Source: a virus
DNA: 64,000 bases
Reading direction: 5' to 3' (one strand)
IMG/VR virus record: IMGVR_UViG_3300045988_062794
In this document: piece by piece, positions 1 through 7,965 of the stretch
Layout of the letters: every line of letters begins with the position of its first letter
Position numbering within the stretch: the first letter of the stretch is position 1
Translations under genes and position numbers: made by a program
The notes under the pieces: generated by a model
Database searches by the model: none
Told to the model about the DNA's origin: nothing
Seen by the model: the letters and a program-made list of their open reading frames with translations, nothing else

Positions 1-490
1 TAAAGATTTCTCTATAATAGATCTTGATATTGTCAAGAGAACATTTCTTAATAGCTTTGTTGATTTGCTTATCAGTGAACATATACTTTTGTTCTTTACT
101 AGAGATAGCGTCACAATCAGCTTTGATAATCTCATTATAGGCATCCATTACTTCCCAAAAGTCGTCTATTAATTTCTGCTTACGAGCTGCTTCAGGAACA
201 ATATCTCCTTCACGGTGTTTACTTATCCAAAGTAAAGCAATAGCATTCCAGGCTACTTGTGCTAGATGCCTACATCCTGTTTCTTCATCAAAGATTTCAT
301 TCTCTGCAGCATACAAGTGTCTAAGTAATGCACCTTTATATCTTTCATAACCGTTTTCTAGATTCTGCCAAGTATTATCATTATACTTCTTAGCACCCTC
401 TGTATATACTCTAGCAATATCTTCAAGACAGTCCAATGGCATTAATTCCCATCTTGTTTTATCGTCTTTACGATCGTTCTTCATATCCAT
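1..490 (-). CDS. MazG-like all-alpha nucleotide pyrophosphohydrolase (DUF5664 / dATP-dGTP diphosphohydrolase-like); C-terminus lies outside the window
   Basis: Minus-strand frame open to the window edge and absent from the ORF track. My hand translation gives MDMKNDRKDDKTRWELMPLDCLEDIARVYTEGAKKYNDNTWQNLENGYERYKGALLRHLYAAENEIFDEETGCRHLAQVAWNAIALLW... This fits the L.P..al..iA.v...GA.KY..W / RHL / DEEtG.HLA pattern of that family. The start is ambiguous (ATG at 523, 490, 484 or 442). Confidence 0.5.
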   Translation of the reverse strand, partial: MDMKNDRKDDKTRWELMPLDCLEDIARVYTEGAKKYNDNTWQNLENGYERYKGALLRHLYAAENEIFDEETGCRHLAQVAWNAIALLWISKHREGDIVPEAARKQKLIDDFWEVMDAYNEIIKADCDAISSKEQKYMFTDKQINKAIKKCSLDNIKIYYREIF

Positions 491-857
491 CTGGTTTAGG
501 CATTTTTTGTATTCGTATTGCATCTATTTCAGTCTTATTCTCTAGTATAGCTTTACATATCCTGTGATAACCATCACATATTCTACCGTAACTATCTAGT
601 ATAATTGGATATTTAGTATCTGCTTTTTGTATTCGTAAAGAATGAAATATAAAATCATCTAAACATCCAACATCCCAAGGTAAGTGTGATAGATCTATGC
701 CAACTAGAGGTAATTTAAATACAGGATATTTCTGTTCTTTACAGTAGGTAATAAGTGTTGATGCATTCCATATTTTACCCTCACATATATATCTATTCTC
801 TGTGATTCCAGAGTCTTCAAATATTACTCTTGGGTTCTTGTCTTTCTTTGCTAGCAT
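468..857 (-). CDS. ParB-like nuclease-domain protein
   Basis: 129-aa ORF. The ICDGYHRICKA segment resembles the DGxHR core of ParB N-terminal/sulfiredoxin-fold domains. It is packed in an operon with its neighbours. Confidence 0.45.
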   Translation of the reverse strand: MLAKKDKNPRVIFEDSGITENRYICEGKIWNASTLITYCKEQKYPVFKLPLVGIDLSHLPWDVGCLDDFIFHSLRIQKADTKYPIILDSYGRICDGYHRICKAILENKTEIDAIRIQKMPKPDGYEERS

Positions 858-1041
858 ATTTCTTTTTTAGTTTTATTTTAAAAAGATATCCAAACATAAT
901 AGATTTTGTATCATCATTACTTGCAATTATATTAGAAGCAAATTTAAAAGGATGATTACATATTACTTCTATTACTTGATATGGTATGTTATATTTATTA
1001 GCTAATTGAGTATATATGCTAGTTCTTTTTTGAGAAGTCAT
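817..1041 (-). CDS. hypothetical protein
   Basis: 74-aa ORF co-oriented with and overlapping its neighbours in operon fashion. No motif recognised. Confidence 0.4.
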   Translation of the reverse strand: MTSQKRTSIYTQLANKYNIPYQVIEVICNHPFKFASNIIASNDDTKSIMFGYLFKIKLKKKYASKERQEPKSNI

Positions 1042-1411
1042 ATACTACTTTATATTCTTTATTCTGGAGTAAATCATCAAAGGATGATGCTGCATCAATA
1101 GAACCCGGTCTAATAGTATTAACTATTATCTTTAAAGTATCAAGTGCTGTGTTATCAGCATATACTTTAATACTTTGTAACTTCTTTGCTTCTTGTTTAG
1201 AATAATCTACTATAGGTTCTAACGCTAACGTATTCTCCTCACTTAAAGGGTTATCCAGAGTAATAGGATAATGTAAAACCGTTTCTGTCTTTATTATTAT
1301 TCCTTTATTGTAGTCTAGTTTCTTACCAAGAAGTTTATTAAACCATATTTTAATCTTAGAGTAATCTTGCCAAAGGATTATAGTACCTGGCTTAAATGTT
1401 ATTATTTTCAT
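1019..1411 (-). CDS. hypothetical protein
   Basis: 130-aa ORF in the same-strand operon. Confidence 0.5.
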   Translation of the reverse strand: MKIITFKPGTIILWQDYSKIKIWFNKLLGKKLDYNKGIIIKTETVLHYPITLDNPLSEENTLALEPIVDYSKQEAKKLQSIKVYADNTALDTLKIIVNTIRPGSIDAASSFDDLLQNKEYKVVYDFSKKN

Positions 1412-1772
1412 GTATTCTAATTATGATGGTTACTTGAACTCTGTCTCCGATGATCTCTGGTATTAGAGCTTTATTAACACTTAATTCATCTTCGGCAGGA
1501 CCTGCAATTAGAATTCCTTTTTCTTTGAAAGCTTTAATGTACCGACTTAGATTATCCTTAGTAATACCTAATGTTTGAATTATATGCTTTCTATTCTGTC
1601 TATTAGCTATATTCTTGTGTTCATTAGGTAGTTTATTATAATTAATGTCTAATCTAATTAACTCAGCCATTAATTCTAGTTCCCTGTCCGTAAGCCGAAG
1701 TATGCCATTAAGTGATGTTAAGAACTCTGTAATAAGATCATCCTTATTTACAGTCTTAACTAATTTATTCAT
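1392..1772 (-). CDS. putative winged-helix DNA-binding protein (RepL/MarR-like)
   Basis: 126 aa. LTDRELELMAELI ... IIQTLGITKDNLSRYIKAFKEKGILI looks like a helix-turn-helix plus wing. Confidence 0.4.
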   Translation of the reverse strand: MNKLVKTVNKDDLITEFLTSLNGILRLTDRELELMAELIRLDINYNKLPNEHKNIANRQNRKHIIQTLGITKDNLSRYIKAFKEKGILIAGPAEDELSVNKALIPEIIGDRVQVTIIIRIHENNNI

Positions 1773-2214
1773 TGTCTTCCTTGTCTACATCTAAGATCTG
1801 CTGAATAGCATTAATAAGTTTCAACAGATTTTGGTTTACTGTTTCAGATTCTAATTTCAAACAAGGTTGAATCTTACCTTCTTCAAAATCCTTTCTTACT
1901 TTATCCAGATTACCTTCATATTTGGTTTTGCAATCATTGATAAAAGCTTCCAATGCAATCAACTTCAGTTCAGCAATAGTAGGTAATGTTTCTTCTTCTA
2001 CTTCAGCAACTTCTGAACCATACGGTTCCAAATTGCCACCTTTTACTAATGCGTCAACATATTCTTCGTTAATAGACATAAAACGAGAATTAGTACCTTT
2101 CTTTGTAGTTTTAGTGTCTTCCATTACAAATTCTCTATCATCAGAGTCGAAATTAAAGATATCACCAATCTTTGCACAACCAAAAGGTTTAATTACTTTA
2201 TAAGCTACGTTCAT
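1765..2214 (-). CDS. hypothetical acidic protein
   Basis: 149-aa ORF. The antisense ORF 1922..2203 is treated as spurious. Confidence 0.55.
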   Translation of the reverse strand: MNVAYKVIKPFGCAKIGDIFNFDSDDREFVMEDTKTTKKGTNSRFMSINEEYVDALVKGGNLEPYGSEVAEVEEETLPTIAELKLIALEAFINDCKTKYEGNLDKVRKDFEEGKIQPCLKLESETVNQNLLKLINAIQQILDVDKEDNE

Positions 2215-2215
2215 A

Positions 2216-2515
2216 TTATTTACTTATTTGTTTAACCATTAATTCTACCCACTTGTTAATATCAAACTTTGTATCACCTTCCTTAATCACTGTATCGCCG
2301 TCTGTAGTATACTGCTTTGGTTGATTCATGATCATATATGCATTCATTAAATCTTGTAAAGATACTGTTATTTTGTAAGCATTTGTTTTAGATGGGGAAT
2401 GCATATCTTTAGGTATGAACAAATTGTATTGACCATTAGGTAGTTTTTCTATCCATTCTGATAGACCACTCATGTTAATGAGGTTATCTATCAAGCTATT
2501 ATTTTCAATGTTCAT
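2216..2515 (-). CDS. hypothetical protein
   Basis: 99-aa ORF that abuts the downstream gene. Confidence 0.5.
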   Translation of the reverse strand: MNIENNSLIDNLINMSGLSEWIEKLPNGQYNLFIPKDMHSPSKTNAYKITVSLQDLMNAYMIMNQPKQYTTDGDTVIKEGDTKFDINKWVELMVKQISK

Positions 2516-2611
2516 GATTATATAACGCGTATGATTTATTTTTGTTGTAATTTTTATGCAATAAAAAAGCCCCTAATTTCTTAGGAGCTAATTTATAAAA
2601 ATGAAAAAAGC

Positions 2612-2998
2612 CTATTTGTTTTTACTAATGAAAGCTACCACATTGTATGGATTTACTAATTGACTATCTTTAAAGAGATCAAAATGTGCAGCAGCTTTAG
2701 AAGGATACGCTACAATATCACCTACTTCAGGATGATTCTCTTTATCTTGCCATTCATAATTTGAAGGGATTGCTAATACTACACCCTTTCTAAAGGTAGT
2801 AGGTACTTTCTTTACTTCTGTTTTAGTATCATACTTGTCAATACCATCTACATCTTTCTTACCAGTTGGTATTGGTTCTGAGATCTCTTTCTCAATATAT
2901 TCTTCAGGTAACGGTTTAACTAAAATGTCCCGAGTAAACGAATACTCTACTTTTTCTAGTACCTGATCCAGTAATATATTATCTTTATTCTCTGCCAT
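2612..2998 (-). CDS. GroES/gp31-like co-chaperonin (putative)
   Basis: 128 aa. RDILVKPLPEE ... RKGVVLAIPS ... EVGDIVAYPSKAA..FDLF....VVAFI parallels the GroES pattern (R)VIVK...E / G.VLAVG / VGDIV.f......ILA.V, with a long inserted loop. Confidence 0.45.
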   Translation of the reverse strand: MAENKDNILLDQVLEKVEYSFTRDILVKPLPEEYIEKEISEPIPTGKKDVDGIDKYDTKTEVKKVPTTFRKGVVLAIPSNYEWQDKENHPEVGDIVAYPSKAAAHFDLFKDSQLVNPYNVVAFISKNK

Positions 2999-3046
2999 AA
3001 TCCTTATTTTTGCTGTTAAAACGCGTTATAATGCAAATTGTTCCTT

Positions 3047-3292
3047 TTAAAAGTTACTATATTTCAGTATATTTCCTCCAGTACAGCAGATATTTAGTGC
3101 TAACTGTGGACAGTGTTCCCTATCTTCAAATGCACAATTATCGCAACTACCATTATTTTGTGGGTGTATTATGTATTCTATACCGTCAATAGTAACAAAA
3201 CCTTTTAAGATAGCTTCTTTAGCTTCTGGTTCTCCCATATTAGTCATAATATTCAAATTCATCATCTGAGTATAAATCCTCAAACTCATCAT
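3047..3292 (-). CDS. small Cys-rich protein
   Basis: 81 aa with GSCDNCAFEDREHCPQLALNICCTGG. It overlaps a weaker plus-strand ORF. Confidence 0.4.
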   Translation of the reverse strand: MMSLRIYTQMMNLNIMTNMGEPEAKEAILKGFVTIDGIEYIIHPQNNGSCDNCAFEDREHCPQLALNICCTGGNILKYSNF

Positions 3293-3435
3293 AAAAATAG
3301 AAATCTTCCATATACTATTACTTTAGATATTAGTAGTATAATCCAGAGTAAGGAGTAATGGTTGATATTACTTACTATCTCTATATATACTCTCCTATCT
3401 CTCTACTCTAGACATAGAGAGTAACGAAATATATA

Positions 3436-3612
3436 TTAATTTTGTTCTATTTCTATCAAATATTTGTGCAATATGTCACTCTTATTATCTCCTTTATTAG
3501 CGTATTTTACTACTTTATACTTAGCGTTTCTACCAATAACAGGCCAATATTCTGTTGTATAATACTCTTCTATTACTTCTTTTTCTCTATTTGATTTACA
3601 ATTTTTTAACAT
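3436..3612 (-). CDS. small hypothetical protein (58 aa, below the track cutoff)
   Basis: Hand translation: MLKNCKSNREKEVIEEYYTTEYWPVIGRNAKYKVVKYANKGDNKSDILHKYLIEIEQN. It is co-oriented with its neighbours. Confidence 0.3.
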   Translation of the reverse strand: MLKNCKSNREKEVIEEYYTTEYWPVIGRNAKYKVVKYANKGDNKSDILHKYLIEIEQN

Positions 3613-3632
3613 CTTTTAACTATATTTAACTA

Positions 3633-3863
3633 TTATACAAAACTCATACTATCATGAGTACCATTTGTGTTCTTACAAAAGAGTTCACAGCCTGTCATAT
3701 ATTCTGATATAAGCTCCCCTGGTGTATCTGTTTCTTCTATATAAATCTCTAAGATATCACCATTTTCATATACTTTTTGATATGTTTTATAGCTCCAATC
3801 TCCTACTTTATTATCTTTTACTTTGGTAAAACCGTGCTGTTCTAACCACTCTGAGCGTGTCAT
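3633..3863 (-). CDS. hypothetical protein
   Basis: 76-aa ORF and the first gene of the minus-strand block next to the divergent spacer. Confidence 0.5.
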   Translation of the reverse strand: MTRSEWLEQHGFTKVKDNKVGDWSYKTYQKVYENGDILEIYIEETDTPGELISEYMTGCELFCKNTNGTHDSMSFV

Positions 3864-4037
3864 TTTAACATTATTTAATTATTTTTAACATATAGCTTCT
3901 AACGTACACATAAAATTTTTGTTAAAAATATGTAAAAAATAAAAATTGAGCGCAAGGAGAAATTTGAGAGAGCGGGAAGTAGTATATAATTGCCCTCCCC
4001 CTATCATAAGTGAAAGGAAAGTCCCCCGGGGGTTCTC

Positions 4038-4048
4038 AATGCATCAAG
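4038..4048 (+). promoter_or_regulatory. AATGCATCAAG box, copy 1
   Basis: Same word as at 4079-4089 (AATGCATCAAA), 4646-4656 and 5227-5237 (variant ATGCACCAAG). All copies lie in spacers upstream of plus-strand mini-units. Confidence 0.4.
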
Positions 4049-4078
4049 CTGTGTTTTGGGCTTGTTATTTGCTTTAAT

Positions 4079-4089
4079 AATGCATCAAA
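4079..4089 (+). promoter_or_regulatory. AATGCATCAAA box, copy 2
   Basis: Direct repeat of the box 41 nt downstream of copy 1 and about 105 nt upstream of ATG 4193. Confidence 0.4.
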
Positions 4090-4192
4090 TTGGTTAACTT
4101 ATTTGTTTATTGTGATTATTAACGTTTCAGCCACAGCGGAAGGCGGTTGTGGTGTAGTACTACTACTGAAGGGTAGATAGCCGAGAAGAAAG

Positions 4193-4600
4193 ATGAAGTG
4201 CGCAATCATGGAGTTGGAAGCAAAACAAGCAAGTAATGGTAACTGGTATGTGAACATCACAGCACAGCCAGAGAACGATCCATTTGCTGAAGAGTTACAC
4301 TACCGTATGTGGTGTAGCGAAGCGTTAGCTGAGAAGCTAACAGCTAAGAAACCAGCGTCTATCGAACTAAGACGAGTTAGTGTTAAGGTTGAGCAGTTCC
4401 AACGGGTTGATGATGACGGTACAATCAAGCCACAAGTGTTCAACACCTTGTCTGTGGTGGTACGTCAGTTCCAGAATGCAGATGTAGATGACCCAACAGT
4501 CATGGCTGAGAAGCTGCGTTCATCTCTGTTGAAGGACGGTAAGATCTGTGATGTCCAGACAGATGACTTTGACGGTGCTACTGGTGACATTCCTGAGTGA
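4193..4600 (+). CDS. acidic protein, paralog A of 5430..6050
   Basis: 135 aa. It shares MKC.I......NGN.Y, ..Y.M, A.L.AK.P, V.VK and a C-terminal GDIPE with the 206-aa ORF. It looks G+C-richer than its surroundings and has its own intrinsic terminator. Confidence 0.7.
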   Translation: MKCAIMELEAKQASNGNWYVNITAQPENDPFAEELHYRMWCSEALAEKLTAKKPASIELRRVSVKVEQFQRVDDDGTIKPQVFNTLSVVVRQFQNADVDDPTVMAEKLRSSLLKDGKICDVQTDDFDGATGDIPE

Positions 4601-4604
4601 GAGT

Positions 4605-4640
4605 AAGGGCTTCGGCCCTTCTCTTCATTCTTTTGTTTTC
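4605..4640 (+). terminator. rho-independent terminator
   Basis: AAGGGC-TTCG-GCCCTT hairpin (4605-4620) followed by CTCTTCATTCTTTTGTTTTC. Confidence 0.8.
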
Positions 4641-4645
4641 TACGA

Positions 4646-4700
4646 CATGCATCAAGTCCTTTTCCCTCTTAGCAGATTGTGAGGAGTATATTATAAAGTG
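4646..4700 (+). promoter_or_regulatory. conserved ~50-nt spacer element (ATGCAYCAAGT...CCCT.TTAGCA.ATTGTG), copy b
   Basis: In an ungapped hand alignment of 4647-4695 with 5228-5276, 37 of 49 positions are identical. Confidence 0.5.
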
Positions 4701-4789
4701 TATATTTCTCATCATATTTATATTTATTTATATTCTTATGCCTAAACAGGTGATATTAGCCAGTATCATCGCTTTAAGTAAGAGTGTAG

Positions 4790-4975
4790 GCTAGTAGAGA
4801 ACGGCATCTCTACGAAATCAGTAGCTATTGGTTAAACCTCTTTAGAAAAGGACTACTGAGCTATTATCCTTTGATAGCAAGCTTGATACCGAGTGACTCT
4901 CGGTTGCATGTCGTAAAGACCAGGTAGGTGGTATAGTCAACTGCATCTAGACTACCTGGTTTACTTTTGATTATT
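4790..4975 (+). ncRNA. candidate small structured RNA or leader
   Basis: Four consecutive perfect helices: GTAGAGA/TCTCTAC, CAGTAG/CTACTG, ACCGAG/CTCGGT and ACCAGGTAG/CTACCTGGT (9 bp), followed by a T-rich stretch. It lies downstream of element copy b and upstream of ATG 4996. Confidence 0.35.
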
Positions 4976-4995
4976 AATCAATAAAATTATATATT

Positions 4996-5178
4996 ATGAT
5001 AGCAGTGGTAAGATGCTATAAGCACATAACTCCGGTAATTGTTACAGTATTTGAAAAAAACGATGAACAAACTCAGAAAGATGCTCTAGAAATGGCTACT
5101 ATCTTAAGTAGAAGAGACAACTGTGAGTATAGAGTAATGGTAGAGTATTGGGTTGCGTTTGGTACTCCAGCAAAGTAA
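4996..5178 (+). CDS. small hypothetical protein
   Basis: 60-aa ORF followed by a hairpin at 5186-5214. Confidence 0.4.
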   Translation: MIAVVRCYKHITPVIVTVFEKNDEQTQKDALEMATILSRRDNCEYRVMVEYWVAFGTPAK

Positions 5179-5185
5179 GCTATTT

Positions 5186-5220
5186 ATAAGGTGTTGGTTT
5201 TGCCTTCACCTTATTTACTT
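5186..5220 (+). terminator. terminator-like hairpin
   Basis: ATAAGGTG/CACCTTAT 8-bp stem with a 13-nt loop, then TTTACTTTC (weak T tract). Confidence 0.45.
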
Positions 5221-5226
5221 TCTTAT

Positions 5227-5281
5227 AATGCACCAAGTTAATTACCCTTTTAGCATATTGTGCGAGATATAGTATACTTAT
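5227..5281 (+). promoter_or_regulatory. conserved ~50-nt spacer element, copy c
   Basis: See copy b. It is followed by a TGAGGATT-AGAT-AATCCTCA hairpin with a T tract (about 5305-5340) and an imperfect palindrome TACGC.TATATAT/ATATATAGCGTA (about 5363-5390) before ATG 5430. Confidence 0.5.
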
Positions 5282-5429
5282 AAGCGTACGAGAGTATTAG
5301 AGTATGAGGATTAGATAATCCTCACCTTTCATCTTTTTCATCTCTTTCTCTTATTACTCTTTACGCCTATATATAATATATAGCGTATCATAGACAATTA
5401 AACAATTAAACAACTAAATTATCAAAATT

Positions 5430-6050
5430 ATGAAATGTGACATTTTAGCTCATGAATTTAACACAGCTGAGAACGGTAATAGATACTGTAAGCTGGAAGT
5501 ACGTCAATCTGGTGACGAATTCGGTAGAACATTCAATTATGTAATGTTTATTACTGATGCAATGGAAGCAGCTTTAGAAGCTAAGTTTCCGAAGTTTATC
5601 TACCTACAAGAGGTACGTGTAAAGGCACCTAAACCCTTTTATAGAGTTTGGGAGACTGATGGACCTGGTCATGCTCAGGGTGAGTTTGTTACTCGGCCTA
5701 ATAGAGAAGATCCTGATAATCCTATAATGATTGTATTTGAGGATATCAAAGTTATTATTAGAACTATGCCTGATGGTTCACCCGCAAGAGGTGAAGATGC
5801 GCAGAAATTAGCTGAATCAAGCTATTATAGAGGTATTAGTATGAATACTATTGTACCTATAGATGCGTATGATGATGGTGATACTGATAACAATATTGGT
5901 GCTACAAATACAGGAGCTGATCCATTTGCTGGGGCATCTACAGCTGGTGATGGTGATATACCTGAAACCGCTACAGATCCAGCAGAACAACCTACGCAAC
6001 AACCCGCTGGTAGACCGACTGGTAGACCTGGCGTAACAATTAGACGTTAA
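5430..6050 (+). CDS. acidic protein, paralog B of 4193..4600, with a Pro/Gly/Thr-rich tail
   Basis: 206 aa. The N-terminal ~130 aa align with the 135-aa ORF. GDGDIPE is followed by a low-complexity extension. Confidence 0.7.
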   Translation: MKCDILAHEFNTAENGNRYCKLEVRQSGDEFGRTFNYVMFITDAMEAALEAKFPKFIYLQEVRVKAPKPFYRVWETDGPGHAQGEFVTRPNREDPDNPIMIVFEDIKVIIRTMPDGSPARGEDAQKLAESSYYRGISMNTIVPIDAYDDGDTDNNIGATNTGADPFAGASTAGDGDIPETATDPAEQPTQQPAGRPTGRPGVTIRR

Positions 6051-6064
6051 TAATCATGAGAATG

Positions 6065-6096
6065 GCTGGTCTTAGTGATCAGCTGTTCTTTTTTTC
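6065..6096 (+). terminator. rho-independent terminator
   Basis: GCTGGTC-TTAGT-GATCAGC (7 bp including one G:T wobble that is valid only on the plus strand), then TGTTCTTTTTTTC. Confidence 0.75.
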
Positions 6097-6127
6097 AATT
6101 TACAAACGATAATCTGTATATTGTAAT

Positions 6128-6328
6128 ATGAGACAGTTAAATTCATTAGAAGAAAATGCTTTAAAGATTTCAAAATACTCTACAATAGCATTTGTTATAT
6201 TCTTCTTTTTCTTTATAGGCTTTGTTGCAGAGTCTGTACGCCCTTTATACATATTGGGTGGACTAATGCTTATAGTATGGAAATACATAGCATACGTTGC
6301 TATAAAAGATCTATTACATATTAATTAG
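6128..6328 (+). CDS. small membrane protein (putative)
   Basis: 66 aa with two hydrophobic stretches. Preferred over antisense 6100..6288 because of strand context. Confidence 0.4.
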   Translation: MRQLNSLEENALKISKYSTIAFVIFFFFFIGFVAESVRPLYILGGLMLIVWKYIAYVAIKDLLHIN

Positions 6329-6330
6329 TC

Positions 6331-6555
6331 ATGAGTAAGAAGAAATATCACAAGCAAAATTGCAATAGCTCAGTACGTGCTGTTGTACATTTAGGTAATG
6401 AAATTATTTCATTAATAGGGACACATGCCTTTGAATGGTCTATTGTAAAACAGACTAAGAATAAGGTAAACATTCTCACATTCTCTAATAGAGAAATGGC
6501 TGTTAAGGATTTTGAAAAATACAAGAACTTAGAGCATGAAAGCGGAAAGAGGTAG
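6331..6555 (+). CDS. hypothetical protein
   Basis: 74-aa ORF that starts 3 nt after the previous stop. Confidence 0.45.
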   Translation: MSKKKYHKQNCNSSVRAVVHLGNEIISLIGTHAFEWSIVKQTKNKVNILTFSNREMAVKDFEKYKNLEHESGKR

Positions 6556-6778
6556 TTTAATTCAGCAATTAATAGGTAGAAAAATAACTATTATAAGCTG
6601 TAATTTAGTCGGTACAGTTATATATGCAGAGATTGCTAAACAGAGTAGATCTGTAAATATACTATTAAGGGTTAAAAGACTTGATAAATTGTCCTATAAG
6701 AGCATTACAGAAGATAAAGAGATATCTCTTAGTCTTACAGGCTTATTAAAGGATGTCAGGTTACATGCCTTAATATAA
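6536..6778 (+). CDS. hypothetical protein
   Basis: 80-aa ORF that overlaps the upstream gene by 20 nt. Confidence 0.4.
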   Translation: MKAERGSLIQQLIGRKITIISCNLVGTVIYAEIAKQSRSVNILLRVKRLDKLSYKSITEDKEISLSLTGLLKDVRLHALI

Positions 6779-6969
6779 CTTTTATTGAACTAATTATTCA
6801 TTAAAAGACATAGTCTTATAGAAAGACAATATCCGAATTAACTTGTTGAATATGTAAATTATAGACTCTATCTCGGATAACATGTGAATGGACTAGAGAT
6901 TATCTTAACCAGAGTAAGATTTGCTTGACGGCATTATATCATTACTCTGGTTATTTTAAACTAATCAAC

Positions 6970-7266
6970 ATGAAAAAGTATCACAGACTACGATTACTCA
7001 GTAATCTCATTGAGATAATTGAAATGATATTGTTCATACTATGGGGATTATCAATATTATTTATTGAATCATTCATAGGTCTTCTCATCTATTATATGGT
7101 AGGCATCATACCTATCTTATTTATTTGGCGAAAACATATAGTTAAAAAGCATTTAAAAAAGAAAATATATGCTACTATTTGTATTTTTAACAGGTTGCTT
7201 ATTGATAGCATATCTGTACTACGTGCTCACAATAAGAGCAAAAAAGAGGAAAAAGCTTTTAAATAG
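6970..7266 (+). CDS. small membrane protein (putative)
   Basis: Track ORF 6925..7266 trimmed to the first ATG (MKKYHRLRLL...). It has two hydrophobic helices. It overlaps 7169..7543 by ~100 nt, so one of the two calls may be wrong. Confidence 0.4.
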   Translation: MKKYHRLRLLSNLIEIIEMILFILWGLSILFIESFIGLLIYYMVGIIPILFIWRKHIVKKHLKKKIYATICIFNRLLIDSISVLRAHNKSKKEEKAFK

Positions 7267-7543
7267 GGTTCATAGAGTATTAAATATGTTATATGCTTCT
7301 AAAAACTCTATTGAAAACACAGAAGATCTTTCCGATATACGATTCTATGTTAATAGATTAGGATCTTATATTAATCTAATTGAAGCTGATATATTTGATT
7401 CAGAAAGACTTGCAAATTACTATCAAGAGTATATGGAAGCTTTAAAAGAATATGAAAGTATTTCTGCAGTAAAGAGAATAGCATTAGCTCATACTCGATA
7501 CTGTATTAGTAAATTAGAAGAATACGAGAGAACTCTTAATTGA
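7169..7543 (+). CDS. N-terminally anchored hypothetical protein
   Basis: 124 aa. MLLFVFLTGCLLIAYLYYVLTI is followed by a basic stretch. Confidence 0.45.
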   Translation: MLLFVFLTGCLLIAYLYYVLTIRAKKRKKLLNRVHRVLNMLYASKNSIENTEDLSDIRFYVNRLGSYINLIEADIFDSERLANYYQEYMEALKEYESISAVKRIALAHTRYCISKLEEYERTLN

Positions 7544-7549
7544 TATAAT

Positions 7550-7948
7550 ATGGAAAGGAATAAGAACTTCGCGCATTTTCTGCAACAGATAGGATATATT
7601 CCATATGAATTAGATATGAAAGTTCAGAAATTCTTTAATGTCAAAGATCCTGATTTTATTAGTTCATATGGTCCTATAAATATAGAGTTTTTTCCATCTT
7701 GGCTAGGGCCAGAAATACCGCTAAATGCGGTAGTAAACAGGAGTGAAAACTTCTGTTATGGATTGCATGAACATGGACACAGTCCTTGTTTAATCTATCC
7801 ACGACCATATGTACTATGGACAAATGATCTAAATGAACTAAGAGCTACTAAAATATACCCGGATATAATTATGGATCGTATAATCTCTAAATACACGTGT
7901 GAAGAGATATACCGTGCCATAACGCAAAATAATATGCTTATTCTCTAA
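7550..7948 (+). CDS. hypothetical protein
   Basis: 132-aa ORF. Confidence 0.55.
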   Translation: MERNKNFAHFLQQIGYIPYELDMKVQKFFNVKDPDFISSYGPINIEFFPSWLGPEIPLNAVVNRSENFCYGLHEHGHSPCLIYPRPYVLWTNDLNELRATKIYPDIIMDRIISKYTCEEIYRAITQNNMLIL

Positions 7949-7965
7949 TATCCCGGTAATTAGAA

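Larger units (their letters stand above)
3864..4192. promoter_or_regulatory. divergent control region between the minus-strand and plus-strand blocks
   Basis: 329-nt spacer. The left part (3864-3950) is extremely AT-rich. The right part carries two AATGCATCAA boxes, a CCCCCGGGGG palindrome (4023-4032) and a 7-bp hairpin CCACAGC/GTTGTGG (4131-4152) just before the 4193 start. Confidence 0.4.

Noticed and set aside
1922-2203. Antisense or overlapping ORFs from the six-frame track. Examples: 1922..2203, 3010..3192, 5817..6002, 6100..6288, 9411..9602, 9683..9961, 10304..10486, 10863..11087, 11032..11214, 13081..13305, 13812..14030, 15120..15314, 15656..15886, 17007..17207, 21416..21601, 23237..23512, 25373..25615, 26115..26321, 26424..26606, 26637..26864, 29679..29921, 32487..32756, and all short plus-strand ORFs inside 35284-63968.
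   Set aside because: Each lies wholly inside a longer, motif-bearing or operon-consistent ORF on the other strand or in another frame. Their products are low-complexity (Ser/Leu/Phe/Ile-rich), typical of shadow ORFs in AT-rich DNA.
4013-4062. RNase P RNA-like words. GGAAAGTCC (a CR-I-like word) lies at 4015-4023 and could pair with GGGCTT at 4057-4062 with a bulged U, like helix P4. GTGAAAGTCCTC and TAGATGA lie at 18768-18793.
   Set aside because: The two P4-like strands are only ~35 nt apart, whereas a real RNase P RNA has ~290 nt between them. None of the other conserved regions or the specificity domain is recognisable. I treat this as coincidence unless a covariance-model search says otherwise.
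4597-4794. 65-aa ORF (MRVRASALLFILLFSTTCIK...).
   Set aside because: It starts inside the stop and terminator hairpin of the upstream gene and reads through the terminator T tract and the conserved spacer element. The composition-driven hydrophobic sequence is more consistent with non-coding regulatory DNA.
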